Shown here piece after piece: positions 26,625 to 40,151 of a DNA stretch of 64,000 nt. Source of the stretch: Phoronis australis (lineage: Eukaryota > Animalia > Phoronida); contig NMRA01000432.1 in NCBI GenBank assembly GCA_002633005.1, forward strand, positions 192,070 through 256,069, read 5' to 3'. The position numbers and the translations under genes were made by a program. Position 1 is the first letter of the stretch; the number at the start of each line of letters is the position of its first letter. The notes beneath the pieces are model-generated. The model ran no database searches. It was given only the letters and a program-made list of their open reading frames with translations, and was not told where the DNA came from.

Positions 26625-29600
26625 CATACTGTAATGTTACTTCAGACAAACGCGTTTGTCAATGATGAATTTTGGACTTATGCAAATCGTCAATTCTAAA
26701 ATACAAAGTTTTAGCTTTTGTTTCTAATGACATGACGCTCAAAATGGAAGTTTGAGCGCACGTTATTTGTAAATCTTTCTTGCGAGGTTTCCCTGTAAAT
26801 GACTACTACCCGAATTCCTATCAATTCAAAAGCGAAGATCAAACATGGACTCTTCAGTTTCTCCTACAGAACACTCCCGGTCTGCTGTTTACCCCATTAT
26901 ACCTGCTAAACTATGTAAAAGGACAGGCATGGTTTCAATCAACTTAAATTCCTCTGTACTTCGACACTTTGCATTTGAAAAGTATAGCGACAGAGCACAT
27001 TACAGCGAGAAAAGTATTTTTTTTCTGAGAGTAGCCCCAGCAAGGAATCTAACCTGCTATTCCCGAAGAATCAGTCACGCGCTCCGTTAGCGGCGCTAAA
27101 TCCCAGTCGATAAATGGCAGGGAGCTTCATTTCGACCTGTTTAGCTAGGAAAAAGGCAAAAGTCGAATTTGTCTTTTCCTCTCATAAAACCCTTATTATA
27201 ACATTCCTTCGCGTGTGACAGGATTCTATGGCCTTGTCCAACAAGAACGTTAAAAGCACCGTCGACTTAAGAAAACGCTTCAGTCTTTGTTAGGATTTAC
27301 CAACCCTAACACTTTGCGTATTAGAAACTGGAGCCTATCACTTAAGTTGCCAATGGGAATGGAGTGACATCACTTTAAGGAGTATTATGAGATCGATTTT
27401 ATTAGAGTGAATGAATTAAGTCAAGATTCGTTCAGTTTCAGCCAGTTAAACAGGGCGAATACCATGTCCATTAGTAAGTTCAGCGGCCTTGATTTCAGAC
27501 ATCGGCGATAATTGGCAATGAAGTAGTCACAAAAACAACACCGGGTTTTTTGTTTTCCAACTGTGGCCAGAGCTAACAACCCAATCAGCTAAAATCAGTG
27601 GGGCTTTCGGACGTAAATCGAGAATGTCCCTTTAAATCGTTTTTTTTTTGGTTTTAATATTTTCTAGTTAACTTCTACTTATAAAGTGTTTTTGTTGATT
27701 TAATGTAAGATTCGTACTAACACACTACATTGAATCAACTACTGAAATCTATTTTGCAACTGAAACAAGCATGGTATAACTCTAAGAACAGAAAGATGAG
27801 CTGTCGCCTGATTCGCCATAATTCTGCAGAATAGATTAGAACTGAACGGTTGCCTTCTCTATCATTGTTTGCCACACACTCATGTAAGATATCACAAAAC
27901 TTCATAGTCATCAATACTTTGTAAAATTCAAATTATTTATATGTAAACATTGTCTAATTGGTTTGGCTTTACCATTGAGGCTTGTCATTATGATAATTTA
28001 TTTCGATACGGAAACAAAACGTTAGTGGCAATAGCTGAAAAAAACGTCGATAACTTACAGTCTCAAGATAACATTCCCGCCATCAGTGAGAATTTCACCA
28101 ACTTTGCGTGATTCCTAGTTTCAGCAACAAGAGAAACGCCCTACTTCATTTTCGATGCAATCCAGAATGGGAGTTTCACCAGTCATAACATAATTGCAGT
28201 AACACTGGAAACGCCTGAAGTTCAAAAATCGTTAGCCTTGGGCGGAGCAAAAGAATCTCTTGACGAGTTTTGTCCAATCACAAGCTAGGAGGCAATCCAT
28301 CATTTATTCTACGTCTTTCTGTAAGAAAACACTACGTTGTTGATGTGGCCTTCTTGGCCATGAATTCCGTACATAAGAATGTTGCTTTTAACTAAATCTG
28401 TTTCATACGCAAAGTTGCCACGGTGTTCCAACGTTTCACCAAATCTGTCGCAGATTAGACCTCGAGAAGTCACTTCTGAACATCCGTCAACTCTTGTTTA
28501 GGATAATTGTTGGTTCATGTCCAGATTTTTCTTGGAATCTGTTGTTAAGATAACACAGGACCTTATCAACAATGCTGTGTACAAGGCTAAAGGCTTTAAA
28601 CCAATAAAAGTACATAATATTTTCTGTAAGTAGAAAGCCTGTAAAATTGGATATTTCTCTTTTTGCCAATCTGATATTAATTAACATCATGTCTTTTAGT
28701 ATAAACTGAGCAAAAAATTAATTTATAGCTTAATAACGGTATGAATAACATGGCTAAATTAATTGATAGCTTAATAACGGTATGAATAACATGGCTAAAT
28801 TGCGTTTGATATAATTGCTCAAGATGACGATTGTATTGTTTAACCACTTATTCTAATAAAATTGACACGTTTCTCACGTAGATAAGCGTTTGTGAATGCA
28901 AAAATAAATTTAATAAATTACCTCGATTGGAGGGCGAGTGTGTGTGAATGAGTGTATAAAAACTCCCCTTTCCTTCTCTGCTTGCCCTCTTTGTTCTCGC
29001 TCAATAGCAATGAGCTCCATAAATTCTGGGTGAATAAACGTATTATCGTGAAAAATGGTATTACAGTTTACTTCGTTTTCGTTTGATGCAACGTTTGACT
29101 TTTTCTTGAAAATCGTAAAAATCCTCCTTTGTGATATAGACTTTCATGTAAAAGTGGAACATTTCAAAGACAATTCCGAGCAGTTTTTGGAGATCAGTGC
29201 ACAAAGCAGATTCTGAAAGTTTCATACGAACTGGATTATTCATTTATGAGATATGATGTTCTACAAGTATTCTAATTTGGACATGTTACTAGGGCCCTAC
29301 TTAAACCATAATTCGCTGCTATACAGATTTTATTTTTTCAAAGATTAATGCATTCTGTTATCGATCTTACCACAAATTTGTAAGTTTTCTATTTCAACAC
29401 ACAAGTACATGTTGTGTCATGTCATGTTGGCAAGGAGTTACTGTGCATCTTCCACAACTAGTAAACAAATTCTCTTCAACGATTTATTCTCGGAAAATTT
29501 TACAAACTCGATGAGGAATTTTGTCGTTTGAAATTTTAGTAATCAAGCGAATGTGAATGGAAAGGAAATTTTGCAAATGTGACGATTACACGTATATGTT

Positions 29601-30645
29601 ATACGCCCCCCCCCAGTATTTCGACTGTTAGTAAGTATTAACAATCTGACAAGTCATTAACAGTTTCGACCCCCGACCATCAAGTGCTTCCTACACAGTG
29701 TCAAGTGGTGAAACGGACTCGAAGAACTGTACCAAACAATGTAGTGACAGTTTCACATGAATTCCATCAGCCATTTCGGAGCTATGGCGCTCCAAAATTA
29801 ACCAAATTTGGATATCTAGGGTCATAGATAACCTTTTAAGATTATGGAGGACATTTACCTCTGTGCAGGATTGCGTCTTCAATAAAACGCGTACCCAGTT
29901 TTAACTGTGTCCACGCTTTCAAACAAGAACGAAAACGTTATCATAGTTTACTTTTTATCAAAGCATTCAGTAAATAACCATCATCCCCAATATACAGTCG
30001 ACAACACGTCATATTTCACCATAAAAATAATATTAACACATAAAATCAATAAACAATAACGTTAAAGCCATTTGCAGCGGACCATGAAAAGTTCAATTCA
30101 ATACGCCTTTGACAAATTTAAAATGTTACAGGTTAAATTGAAATGCCATGACTACATCTTCATCTGAAATAAAGATTTGGGTAAAATCCCTTATTGCTCA
30201 ATAGTTTCATTCTAGTGCTAACTCCCAAGAGAAGAAGCACACAGTTTCCACATTGCGTGTCGTTCAATAGCATCACTTCTCATCCTCATAACATTCCTAT
30301 ATGGGTTGTACAGTCGGCGTTTCAGGAAAAAAGGTCAACAAAAAATATACAAAAGAACGTTACATTCAACGACCAAGAGGGAAAAGCAGAGATTTGCAGG
30401 AATTTGTCGGCTTGTCCACTATCGTCACGACCAGCGCATAGACCAATGTAAAACACACAACAGTGCCATATATCGTCACTCGGTGGTTACTTAGCAAGTG
30501 ATTGATATTGACCATGCCCCTATCCTTTGTTACATGAGAACAGCACCCACTGTTTACACATTATTGTAGATTATCAAATCTCAAGTATTCATGTCTCTTA
30601 CAATATCAACTAAACCAGACTGAAGCTCTGGCTAATACTGCAACA

Positions 30646-30730
30646 CAATGACCTGCGTGGTCCCCGCCAAACAATGACCTGCGTGGACCCCCACCAAACA
30701 ATGACCTGCGTGGACCCCGCCAAACAATGA
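30646..30730. repeat. ~26-bp tandem repeat x3
   Basis: caatgacctgcgtggaccccgccaaa. Confidence 0.85.
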
Positions 30731-31990
30731 TTGCGGGAACCTCCCTCTCAGTCGTGATTTGCATAAATTTCTCTCTAGCGTCTCCATCATTCTGTCCGTC
30801 AGCACTGACGATGATTTAAGTACTAACCGAAACGTGTGTTCCTATATATTTATTTAAATGTTTAATAAAATGTTGACCATCACAATCCTACGAAGGTTGT
30901 GATATAAAAGAACAAAGACATGGCTCTCCACACAAACCAGGTAAACACTAAAACTGACGAGAACAACTCCCCAGTTACAGATGAAATATTTGGCATTTGC
31001 AAATTCAAGAGTGAACAACCCACCCAAAGTGCTTTTAAACTCCTCCATCAGATCACAAGAAACACTCCAATCATCTTCAAACGTTAATGACCACTATTTT
31101 AGACTTTCCCCAATGACTATTACAATATTCAAGAGTTAAAAACAAAGTACTCGTTTCTTTGCACAATAAATAATGCGCATAGGCCACACCATCGCAATTT
31201 AAAACTAAGATAATTTATAACACCAGCATACCACAGGGACTCAAAGTTACATTTCGCCCTGTTTAGCGGACTAAAAATAAAAACTGAATTAGGCCTTTTA
31301 CTCTCTTAAAATTGGTCCCCAATGTTTCTTACCACGATACGATTCCATTTCCGGTACCAACTCAAGTCACAGACAATGCAGGCATGCACTATTTTCAATC
31401 TCCAATTTTGAGTTCGCCAATCCCGACCAACTCTGAAAGGATTTCTCCACTCGCTGTTGGTTTAAATGTTCTACTCAGTAAGGGAAATAGTCTCTATCAC
31501 AGTAAGGAATGATATAACTTCATCACATTAAAATTCTCAAATAATTTTTCGCTTTGCAGCCAGCTAAATGGGTGGGATGCAGCTTTTAAAACTTTGACTA
31601 TCTTTTGTGAGAAATGCAAAGTCAAAATATGACAAGAATTGGAAATACAAATGTGTCCCAGCATAATTGCCATATTAGTCTCCAGACCCAGGTTTTGCAC
31701 CCAGGTTGTGCACCCATCATCTCATGCACAACAGTATAACAATCTATCTCTGCAAGGAATATTAGTGTAAATTTTGAAGCTAAATGACTAAAAAGAAAAC
31801 AACATGTTTCACTGGACATCACCAGAAGACTTTCAAACAAATTTCCTATTAACAATTGATACTCATTTCATGAACAACAAATTCGTGGAAATTAACACCA
31901 GAGCTTGTCCTATCCACATTCATTATTCATGTGATTTGAGCTTTGGATTTTAAAATTCAATTGCATTGCTTCCTGCACAATAAAGCACAG

Positions 31991-34900
31991 TTATGTGTTG
32001 ACCTTTGACCTCAACAAAACCCTTGGAGAGTTATCTAGTTGGTAATGTCTTAAAGATTGCGGGGTCAAATTACTACATGTTCTTGGAGACATCCTGACCT
32101 GTGAAGAAAGTTGGCCCCTTGATGAAGAGGCTTGCCGTTTTCTCTCGTTTCTTTTGGCCAGACGGCATTTAGCAAAACTGGTCACATCAATTTCTGATGA
32201 GTCCTCTGAACGACGAAAGACATTTTCAATGTTGTTTGATTTAGAATGACTTGACTGCACGCAAGATTTCACTTGACTCGTCCAACGGGATGGATTGGCT
32301 TCCGATATCGAACAGTTACGAGCACGCATTCTTTCACTCAACGCAGTCGAAGCAATAGGAGATGACAGACTCCTCGAGTCTTTCATCGGTGACACCATTT
32401 TCTGAACTTTCTTCCGCACGATGGCTAATGGCTTAATGCCATTATGATCACAATCATAAACCCCTTTTGCAGAAGATACACTAGAGTTTTTACTAGTATT
32501 TAACTCACTTCCGGACTGCATCTTCTCTACTTTAAATAAACGTTTCAGTCGAATCAGAGGTTTCTTTGTGAACTTACTGCGTAAGGGGCTTGATGTCGAA
32601 GGAATTTTTGACATTGATTTACTTTTGTTCTTAGGGTGACTCGCCCTTTTCCCTGCTTTGCCTGGACATGATCTTCCACAGGGCAGCGAAAATGACAGCG
32701 ATTTCTTCACGCTCCCTTTTCTACTAAACTCCTTCTCACTAGTTTTTAATTTTTTGTCTCTGCTATTGGATTGGGGTTTTTCACATTTTGACCGGTAAAC
32801 GTCACTTTCAAAGTCATCTTCCGAATCCTCGATAACGTCATACTCAGACAACTCCAAAATGTCCAGAGAGGGTGGCCAGTCGATGCGACTTGAGTTTGGA
32901 CGAGAGTCAGCAGCACTCTTGTCCCTGTGAAGGGTTCCCATGTCTTTCTTTGGCGATTTAGGAATGCGAGGAGTTTGCCGTCTCATCCTGGGCGCAGTAG
33001 AGATGATTGAACAGACTGAGAAGTTACGCCAATGATTGCCGGCTGCCTTAAGTAGACGCTTATCACTTGTAGAACTGGAAATTGAATAACGCTTGAAGAG
33101 TGCCTTAGATATAACGGACGTGCTTGACTTTGCATGGTCCTCTGCGTAGATACCACGGCCACCCTCGCTAAACCGCCGCGGATATCGTTTGGAGGTGGAA
33201 CGAAACTTTGACCCTTTCAATGGCGAATACGTTGCACTATTTTTTGACGGAGAGCAAAAATTAAACGTGATATCCTCATCAATGGCTAAGATACCGTTCT
33301 CATCATCTGCCTTTTCGTCTTCTTCTGTCCTGCTAGAACCTGCATTAGCAGATGCAACTGGTTTGGATTTAGACTGAACTGGAGTCGATGTAAATATCAT
33401 TGCCGATTTTGACCGTCGTAAGCCTTTATCTTCGTCTAAATTTGTCAGAGGAGAGAACACTTTCTTTTTGCGATGTGCTAGGGGCGTAACCACTGGGGAT
33501 GACCTCATCATATCTGTGCTCTCGTTCCTGGCAGCTTTAGAGGTAAGAATCTCACTGCTTATCGTTAACTGACCTGGTTTGCCTTTTCGACTTAGGGACA
33601 GCTTCTTCCTATTTGGTCTTGATAATGCATTGTTAAAAAGCTCACCACCACCACCATCAGTGGCTTTATCACAGCTGCTACTAATACTTCTTTTATTGCT
33701 TGTAGTTTGTTGTGTATTGCTATCACTGTTGTTTTCTAGCTGCACCATCTGACCAGCCTTAGCATTTGCTTTTACTTCAGGTTGACTCACACTTGAATCG
33801 TCCAATGTGACGACCTCAACTGGTGAATCATCATGACAAGACTCGTTACAGTCCATCACGGACGAGTCATTATTTTTGTCATTACTTGCATACGAACCAT
33901 CAAATTTCTTGCACAGTTTGCTCTTGGGGTACTTCTTATTGATACGAGGCATGATCATTTTATTGATAGGCGGAGTCAGTCGTTTCTCCACATGACGCCT
34001 AAGGTATATCTCGCACGGACTGTCCCACTCATAATCTGACGACGGGTCAGCCAAACTCTTATCCAAATCGATTCCCCAAACAGCGTAAAGCGGAGGATCT
34101 GCCTTCAGACCTTCGTAGAACCAATCCGCATCCGACACATCATCGACCTCGATTTCCGTAAGATCAACATAGCTGACATCTGTTGGTAAATCTGGCGTAT
34201 TCCTATCTGGAAAACCACTAAATGGTTCATCGAATTCACTGGTTTGAAAAATTTTACACATACTACGGTTGCTCAAAACTTTCCATTTTTCTTTCAATTT
34301 GAATTTCTTGCCACTTGCAGTGACACTTGGTGATTTATTTTCTTTAGCCCCAGGCGATAAAGAATCATCCTTCTTGTGTTGTTTCTTACCACGATTACCA
34401 GATTTGGTGCCACATACATTATTACGAGACTCGGGTGTCCGCTGTAATGTATCAGCCCTTTTCTTGAATTCACTACTGACAGGAGACGTCACTTTCGATT
34501 TCTTGGCAGGAACTTTAGTTTTATTGAGGGGAGTACTGGCAGCACGTTTACGCCTTGCTGATACTGGTAATGTTGTTGATTTGGCAGTGCTAACTGTTTC
34601 AGTAACCTCATTAACTGACTTACTAGATCGACCAGATTTTGGTGTTTCATCAAGACCACTAGTAGCCATAGTTACCAGCCCTTTCTTTGCTGTTGGACTC
34701 TTACAGGTATTCTCTGTGATAGTTTTCCCACTATCTGTCACATTCCTCAATGTCCTTTTTGATTTACCTGCAGTTGATTCAGAAGCGACATCTCTATTGC
34801 TTTCACGTTCATCTGGCCTACCACCAGCCATATTATTTAATGTCCTTTTTGATTTCCTTGAGGGTGACTTGGAAACAATTTCGACATTGCCTTCAGGTTC

Positions 34901-35474
34901 ATCCGGGCTAACACCAGCAGTATTATTTAAAGTCTTTTTTGATTTCCTTGTTGGCGATTTGGATACAAATTCAACATTGCCTTCACTCTCATCCGGGCTA
35001 CAAGCCACATTCTTAGATTTCCTTTTAGATTTTCCAGCTGGCGACTTAGTAGCTATTTCTACATTGCTCTCATGGTCAGGGAGGTCATCGGGTACATTAC
35101 TGCCGTTGACGGCCACTGCACTCTTGTCGCGACTTTTTACTGCATCAATCTCGTTATTTACTACTCCTCTCATCACATTACCAACAACATTGCCGGACAT
35201 CACTGAACGCGTCCTGCGTCTAACTTCTTGGGAGTTATCTCCCTCTCCCACTGCTGTCATCAAACTTTCGTCCTCAGTTACATCACACCCTGTCCCATTC
35301 ACATGCTTATTTCTAGTGACACGTTCACATGTTTTGCTGGTTGCACTGGACTGCATATTCACCTGCTGGTTGGTGTCTGCAACGCTAGTGACCTCTTGTG
35401 GATCCTGAGACAAAGCTCCATTATCCTCATCACTCTCACCCTCGGAGATGAGTATGATGTCGTCACTGGCACAG
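31991..35474 (-). CDS. DBF4: DBF4 terminal coding exon, ~1160 aa Ser/Lys-rich low-complexity extension
   Basis: 3.5-kb open frame; tttattttcag acceptor in phase 2 joins the zinc-finger exon (ga+c = Asp). Confidence 0.85.
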
Positions 35475-35967
35475 CTGAAAATAAACAAAGGTACAATGGA
35501 CCTTAACATCAAGGAAAGTAATTCTTAACATCATTAAGAACCAAGTGAAATTTGCTTTTATTAAAAAAGCACAACTAAGACCAGTCACTCAGTGCCGTAT
35601 GACTTGAACCGGCTGTACTTCGGGAGCAAGTTTTCCGATATGCAAAATTGGTTGAATACACGAGGATACGAACAGAATGGAATAAACATTGTTTATAACA
35701 AGTGTCCTGTAGTTATCCAATTTTGTATACGTATGAATATATAATCTATCTTAGGAGTGCTAATTTAGAAATTTCAAGTTACTTGATCACCCACCCACTA
35801 AACTACTAAACACAGATTACTCTATTACATGCCCATCTAAGCTACCAAATACAGATTCAAAGATTCGATGCAAGACGTAAAAACCAACATCTGGTGATTT
35901 CAAAACGAAACCAAAACAGGAACTCCTGTTCACAATTTTGAAACAACTTAACACTATGTTGACTCAC

Positions 35968-36155
35968 TCATCCTCTTGCTCCTGTAAAGTGACATCATCC
36001 CCCACCTCGGCAAGATCTTCCGCTTGCGACGTGTGGAACATTTCTACGTCGTGCAGAAAGCGTTCAATGTTAGGTCCACGGGCGATGAGAAGGTCAAGGC
36101 TGCGGAAGTTGATGGGCTGACGCACAAATTCTTGATGCTTGTCGCTCTGGACGTG
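35968..36155 (-). CDS. DBF4: DBF4 exon, second half of zf-DBF (HVQSDKHQEFVRQPINFRSLDLLI...)
   Basis: tgtag/gtgag boundaries, supplies the two His ligands, 188 nt phase 0 to 2. Confidence 0.92.
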
Positions 36156-36409
36156 CTACAGAGATAAAAGCAATTGATCTTTACTATTCCTTTATTTCAT
36201 ATTATGAGAGAAGCCACACACCACTTACTACTCCTTTGTTTCATATTATGAGAGATGGCACACACCACGTCTTTGTAATTATACTGTACACCAGTGTAGA
36301 ACACTAGTAAAAATATAGAAACAAGAACTCATCTGTTTTTAAGTCGAAAAAAAAGAAAAATACAAATCGCTTAATGTCTTTCTTATGCATCAATGGCAAC
36401 ACAGAATTA

Positions 36410-36620
36410 GTCTTGCATAATGCTTACTGCATGAGTGTTGCGTAGAAGTTACTCCATAAATCTTGCATAAAAGTTACGTATGAATGTTGTGTAGTAGTTA
36501 CTCTGTGAAATTTGCACAATGGTTACTCTATGAGTCTTGCACAATGGTTACTCTATGAAACTTGCATAATGGTTACTCTATGAATTTTGCATAATGGTTA
36601 CTCTATGAATCTTGCATATT
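36410..36620. repeat. ~24-bp degenerate minisatellite
   Basis: ttgcataatggttactctatgaa-like unit, about 8 copies. Confidence 0.8.
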
Positions 36621-37312
36621 AGTTGGTGCCATAAACAGCCACTGCACACCACATTTAAGGATACTAGAAACCTTGCAATCGGGATTTAAAAAACCAATGT
36701 GCCCAACTTTCTGCAATACTTTTAGCTAGTTTCATTGTTTGCTTACCAGTACTATACATAATTTTAAATGTTGCCAACCTGTACAGTGATATTATCAATG
36801 TCAACAAAATCATGGCATTATTTTAGACTCATATCTACACGTGGTCTTCTAAAACTCGACCATAGCTTCAAGTAAACTACAGTACACACCAAACGCATCA
36901 GACAAGACACCGCCGTCATGACGGGCAATGATCCCGACCTGTCACTACGGGTCATTCTAGCTACTCGTGACGGTAAATTCTACTTGTGAATGAATTAATG
37001 ATGACCTCCCGACTTATGCAATACCAAACTTGTACGCTTTGAAGTGTACCATCCAGCATAGGTCACGCGCTTTCGCCTTAATTTTTATCCAAGAAAGCCA
37101 ACTTAGACTTAAGTGACGGGAGAATTTCTTCAGGGACCGGAATTTAATTCACCAGCCAGTCCCGATGAAAAACCATGGTTTGGCTCGGCTATCATGACAT
37201 TTAAGCTTGACCATCACGATGGTAAATTCTAGATTGTTTTGTGCGATATTTTCTGACGTCTACTACACAAGATTGGCCGCAAAACGTCTGCTTCAATGGA
37301 AATCTACAGTAC

Positions 37313-37460
37313 CTCGTCAATGTTGTCGTATCTCTCATTGCAACACTCGCAGTAGCCTCTCTTTAGTTCAGCTCGTCTCTTCTCTTCTCTCATTCGCCGT
37401 AACTCACCCGCGGTCATTAGTTTCTCTGACGACTTCGACAATTGCTTCGACTTTTTAGCG
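37313..37460 (-). CDS. DBF4: DBF4 exon, first half of zf-DBF/motif C (...KRGYCECCNERYDNIDE)
   Basis: caacag/gtact boundaries; GYCECC signature of the DBF4 zinc finger. Confidence 0.93.
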
Positions 37461-38361
37461 CTGTTGAAATTGAAAGAAGTTAAGAGTGTCAGCCCTTGAT
37501 GAGGATGCTTTAATTGCAAACACATTTTGTTAATGGCCTTGGGATAGCAAACATTTTGGTTTCTAAACACTATTTCATTAGCAAGCAAATCACTGAGACG
37601 GACATGAATTTAGACACAAAACTCTTCGAATGCTTGCGAAGGACTCCTTCTACTTCATGCGTAATTTGACAGGTAAACAATGCAATGACGGAATATTTCA
37701 GAATCTCTGGTTTAGTAGCGAAGTTATGAGGAACTACAACCTCAGCAAACACTCATAACATTAGAGATGGGTTGAAACTAAAACCAGCGACTTAATCTTC
37801 AATTAGAAAAAAACAGTAACTGTGCACAGAGTCTAGTCTGACATTGATGCTGAAACAAACCACAAGAACTTCCATCAAAACCTGCTAAAGTCCTTAAAAT
37901 AAGAGACCCTGGTTTTGAGCAATAATGGAAAATGGATGACATCAATGGAATCTGTCTTCTTTCCGGAATTCATAATTCTACCGCAGCTATCATAAATGTT
38001 ATACTTTTGGTTTTTAATTATCAAAAATTAAGAAAATAAATCATCAAATTAAAAAATTCTGGCTACAAATTGATTGACAACTGTTCTGCAGTGCACATGT
38101 TCAAGTAACTGCTTAGTCTTCCTAAAGGTGGCTCTGTTCATTTGTCAGGTTTCGTTAAACAATAAAACATTATGTGCATCAAATAATTATTAAAACGGAA
38201 CAGCGTCATAATTTAGTGGAAAAATAATTTTTATGTTACTTATCACTTCAAAATACTAAAACAGAATCCATTAATTTACAAAAAGAAACCAAACGAATTT
38301 CTGTTTTTGAGAACGGAAAATCAAGGTCTCCATTCACTGAGAAACCAGATTTGACAGTCAG

Positions 38362-38462
38362 ACCCCCCATCCCAACTCTTTACCCCCCATCCCAACTCTT
38401 TACCCCCCATCCCAACTCTTTACCCCCCATCCCAACTCTTTACCCCCCATCACAACTCTTTA
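38362..38462. repeat. 20-bp tandem repeat, G-rich on the minus strand
   Basis: taccccccatcccaactctt x5, abutting the exon donor; recurs at 38705-38752. Confidence 0.9.
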
Positions 38463-38463
38463 C

Positions 38464-38680
38464 CTCTTGGGTGTTTTCAATGGTGAGTTGACCTCATCTG
38501 GCTCCTCCCCGGGATCTGACGCCCCTAGCCCAGCTCCCTGCACCTTCTGCGCTCCCTCTCCCCCAAACAGGACTCCTCTAGAAAGGTCCAGGTGTGGAAA
38601 TGTTTCCAGCTGCACAAAGTTAGGCTTGTATTGCTTCGTAGTTGACTCAAACTTGAGAAAGGGAGACTGGAGATGTTTGA
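38464..38680 (-). CDS. DBF4: DBF4 motif-M exon (KHLQSPFLKFESTTKQYKPNFVQLETFPHLDL...), copy 1
   Basis: ttgcag/gtaaag boundaries, 217 nt phase 1 to 2; resembles DBF4 motif M (PFxKxEDxxxxYRP). Confidence 0.8.
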
Positions 38681-38753
38681 CTGCAAGATAACATCAAGCT
38701 ATTNACTCTTTACCCCCCATCACAACTCTTTACCCCCCATCACAACTCTTTAC

Positions 38754-38970
38754 CTCTTGGGTGTTTTCAATGGTGAGTTGACCTCATCTGGCTCCTCCCC
38801 GGGATCTGACGCCCCTAGCCCAGCTCCCTGCACCTTCTGCGCTCCCTCTCCCCCAAACAGGACTCCTCTAGAAAGGTCCAGGTGTGGAAATGTTTCCAGC
38901 TGCACAAAGTTAGGCTTGTATTGCTTCGTAGTTGACTCAAACTTGAGAAAGGGAGACTGGAGATGTTTGA
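38754..38970 (-). CDS. DBF4: Identical second copy of the motif-M exon (one copy is probably an assembly artefact)
   Basis: No differences seen at 290-bp offset; single N at 38704. Confidence 0.6.
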
Positions 38971-39715
38971 CTGCAAGATAACATCAAGCTATTTTGATAA
39001 AGGTTGACAATTTTCTTGAAGTTGTCTTTACAAACCTTTTTTGAGACAGCGAGATAACTGAAAAATTACCGCAAATAACATTACTCATATTTCTTGGGAA
39101 TGAAGCCAATTACAAAACAGAGATTTCACCAAACTCAACCAATCATATATGAGCAAGTAGGCATGCTTTCAAGCAATTTGATGCAAAAATAGGAAAAAGT
39201 AGGATACATTTTCAAGAAAAGGAGGAACTGCGAAGCGAAAAGTAGGAAAAAGTAGGAACAAAAGCAGGAGTAATTTTTATCGATATTTACCAATGACGTT
39301 CGCCTCATGTCACATGGTGATTTGAATGAAATAAATTTGAAACCGATATTGCACTTGGAAGTTTTTTATTTAAATGAATTTTTGGGTCATCTTTCCTTCA
39401 ATGATAGGTGATGTACAATAGAATTACGCAGTCAAACCTTTTGCACTCAAAAGTGTGAATAAAGTCCTGTTGAACATAACTTCCACGGAAACTTTAGAAC
39501 AATGAGAAATAAAAGTAGGAAAAATTAGAAAATATTAGGAATTTCAGGAAAAAGTAGGAACACGCCAAAAAGTAGGAAAAAGTAGGCATGTGTAGGTAAA
39601 CAAGTGATTCAAGATAGGCGTACGATTGACCAAGTTTTGAATCAAGCTTAGAACAAAAGTTTGATAAGTTTGGGCCCTCAGCAATTGAAAATGAATCTAG
39701 CAAGAGCGAAATTAC

Positions 39716-39802
39716 CTTTTGTTGGTTTAGCTTTCTTTTGCGTCGTCTTGTTAGCGCATGATGGCAACTTTCCAATTTCTCGTTTTACCCAGTTCTGGAC
39801 AG
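39716..39802 (-). CDS. DBF4: DBF4 exon (VQNWVKREIGKLPSCANKTTQKKAKPTK)
   Basis: ttttgcag/gtaat boundaries, 87 nt, phase 1 to 1 fits both neighbours. Confidence 0.85.
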
Positions 39803-40084
39803 CTGCAAAAAAGAGCGGAGGATACAAAAACCACTGATTAGGGTAGGCTAACAATATTTAATACTGCCAGTTTGATACAAATACCAGTTCGAAACTGAAA
39901 ATTGCCAGTAAACAAAACTACAACCTGGGAACGCGTTTTAAATAGCTACAGTTTGATAGCAGTTACGGAGGTGTTGATTCTAATATTTGGTGCTGGCATC
40001 AGAAAGATCAAATAAATGCTTGGCAAGAAAACGCAATCCTAGAATAAGGATTTCTCCAATAATGCACCTGCAAGTCATACTGAC

Positions 40085-40151
40085 CAGTGAACGATACGAC
40101 TCGGACATTCCACTTCTGAGCATTGGCGATGACATCGGTTGTGCCTCGGAA
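40085..40151 (-). CDS. DBF4: DBF4 exon (FRGTTDVIANAQKWNVRVVSFT), end of motif N/BRCT
   Basis: tttttag/gtcagt boundaries; matches the ILSNALSWGVKI-type BRCT helix. Confidence 0.88.

Noticed and set aside
34269-35408. 379-aa plus-strand ORF
   Set aside because: Antisense shadow of the DBF4 terminal exon; no recognisable domain or real ATG start
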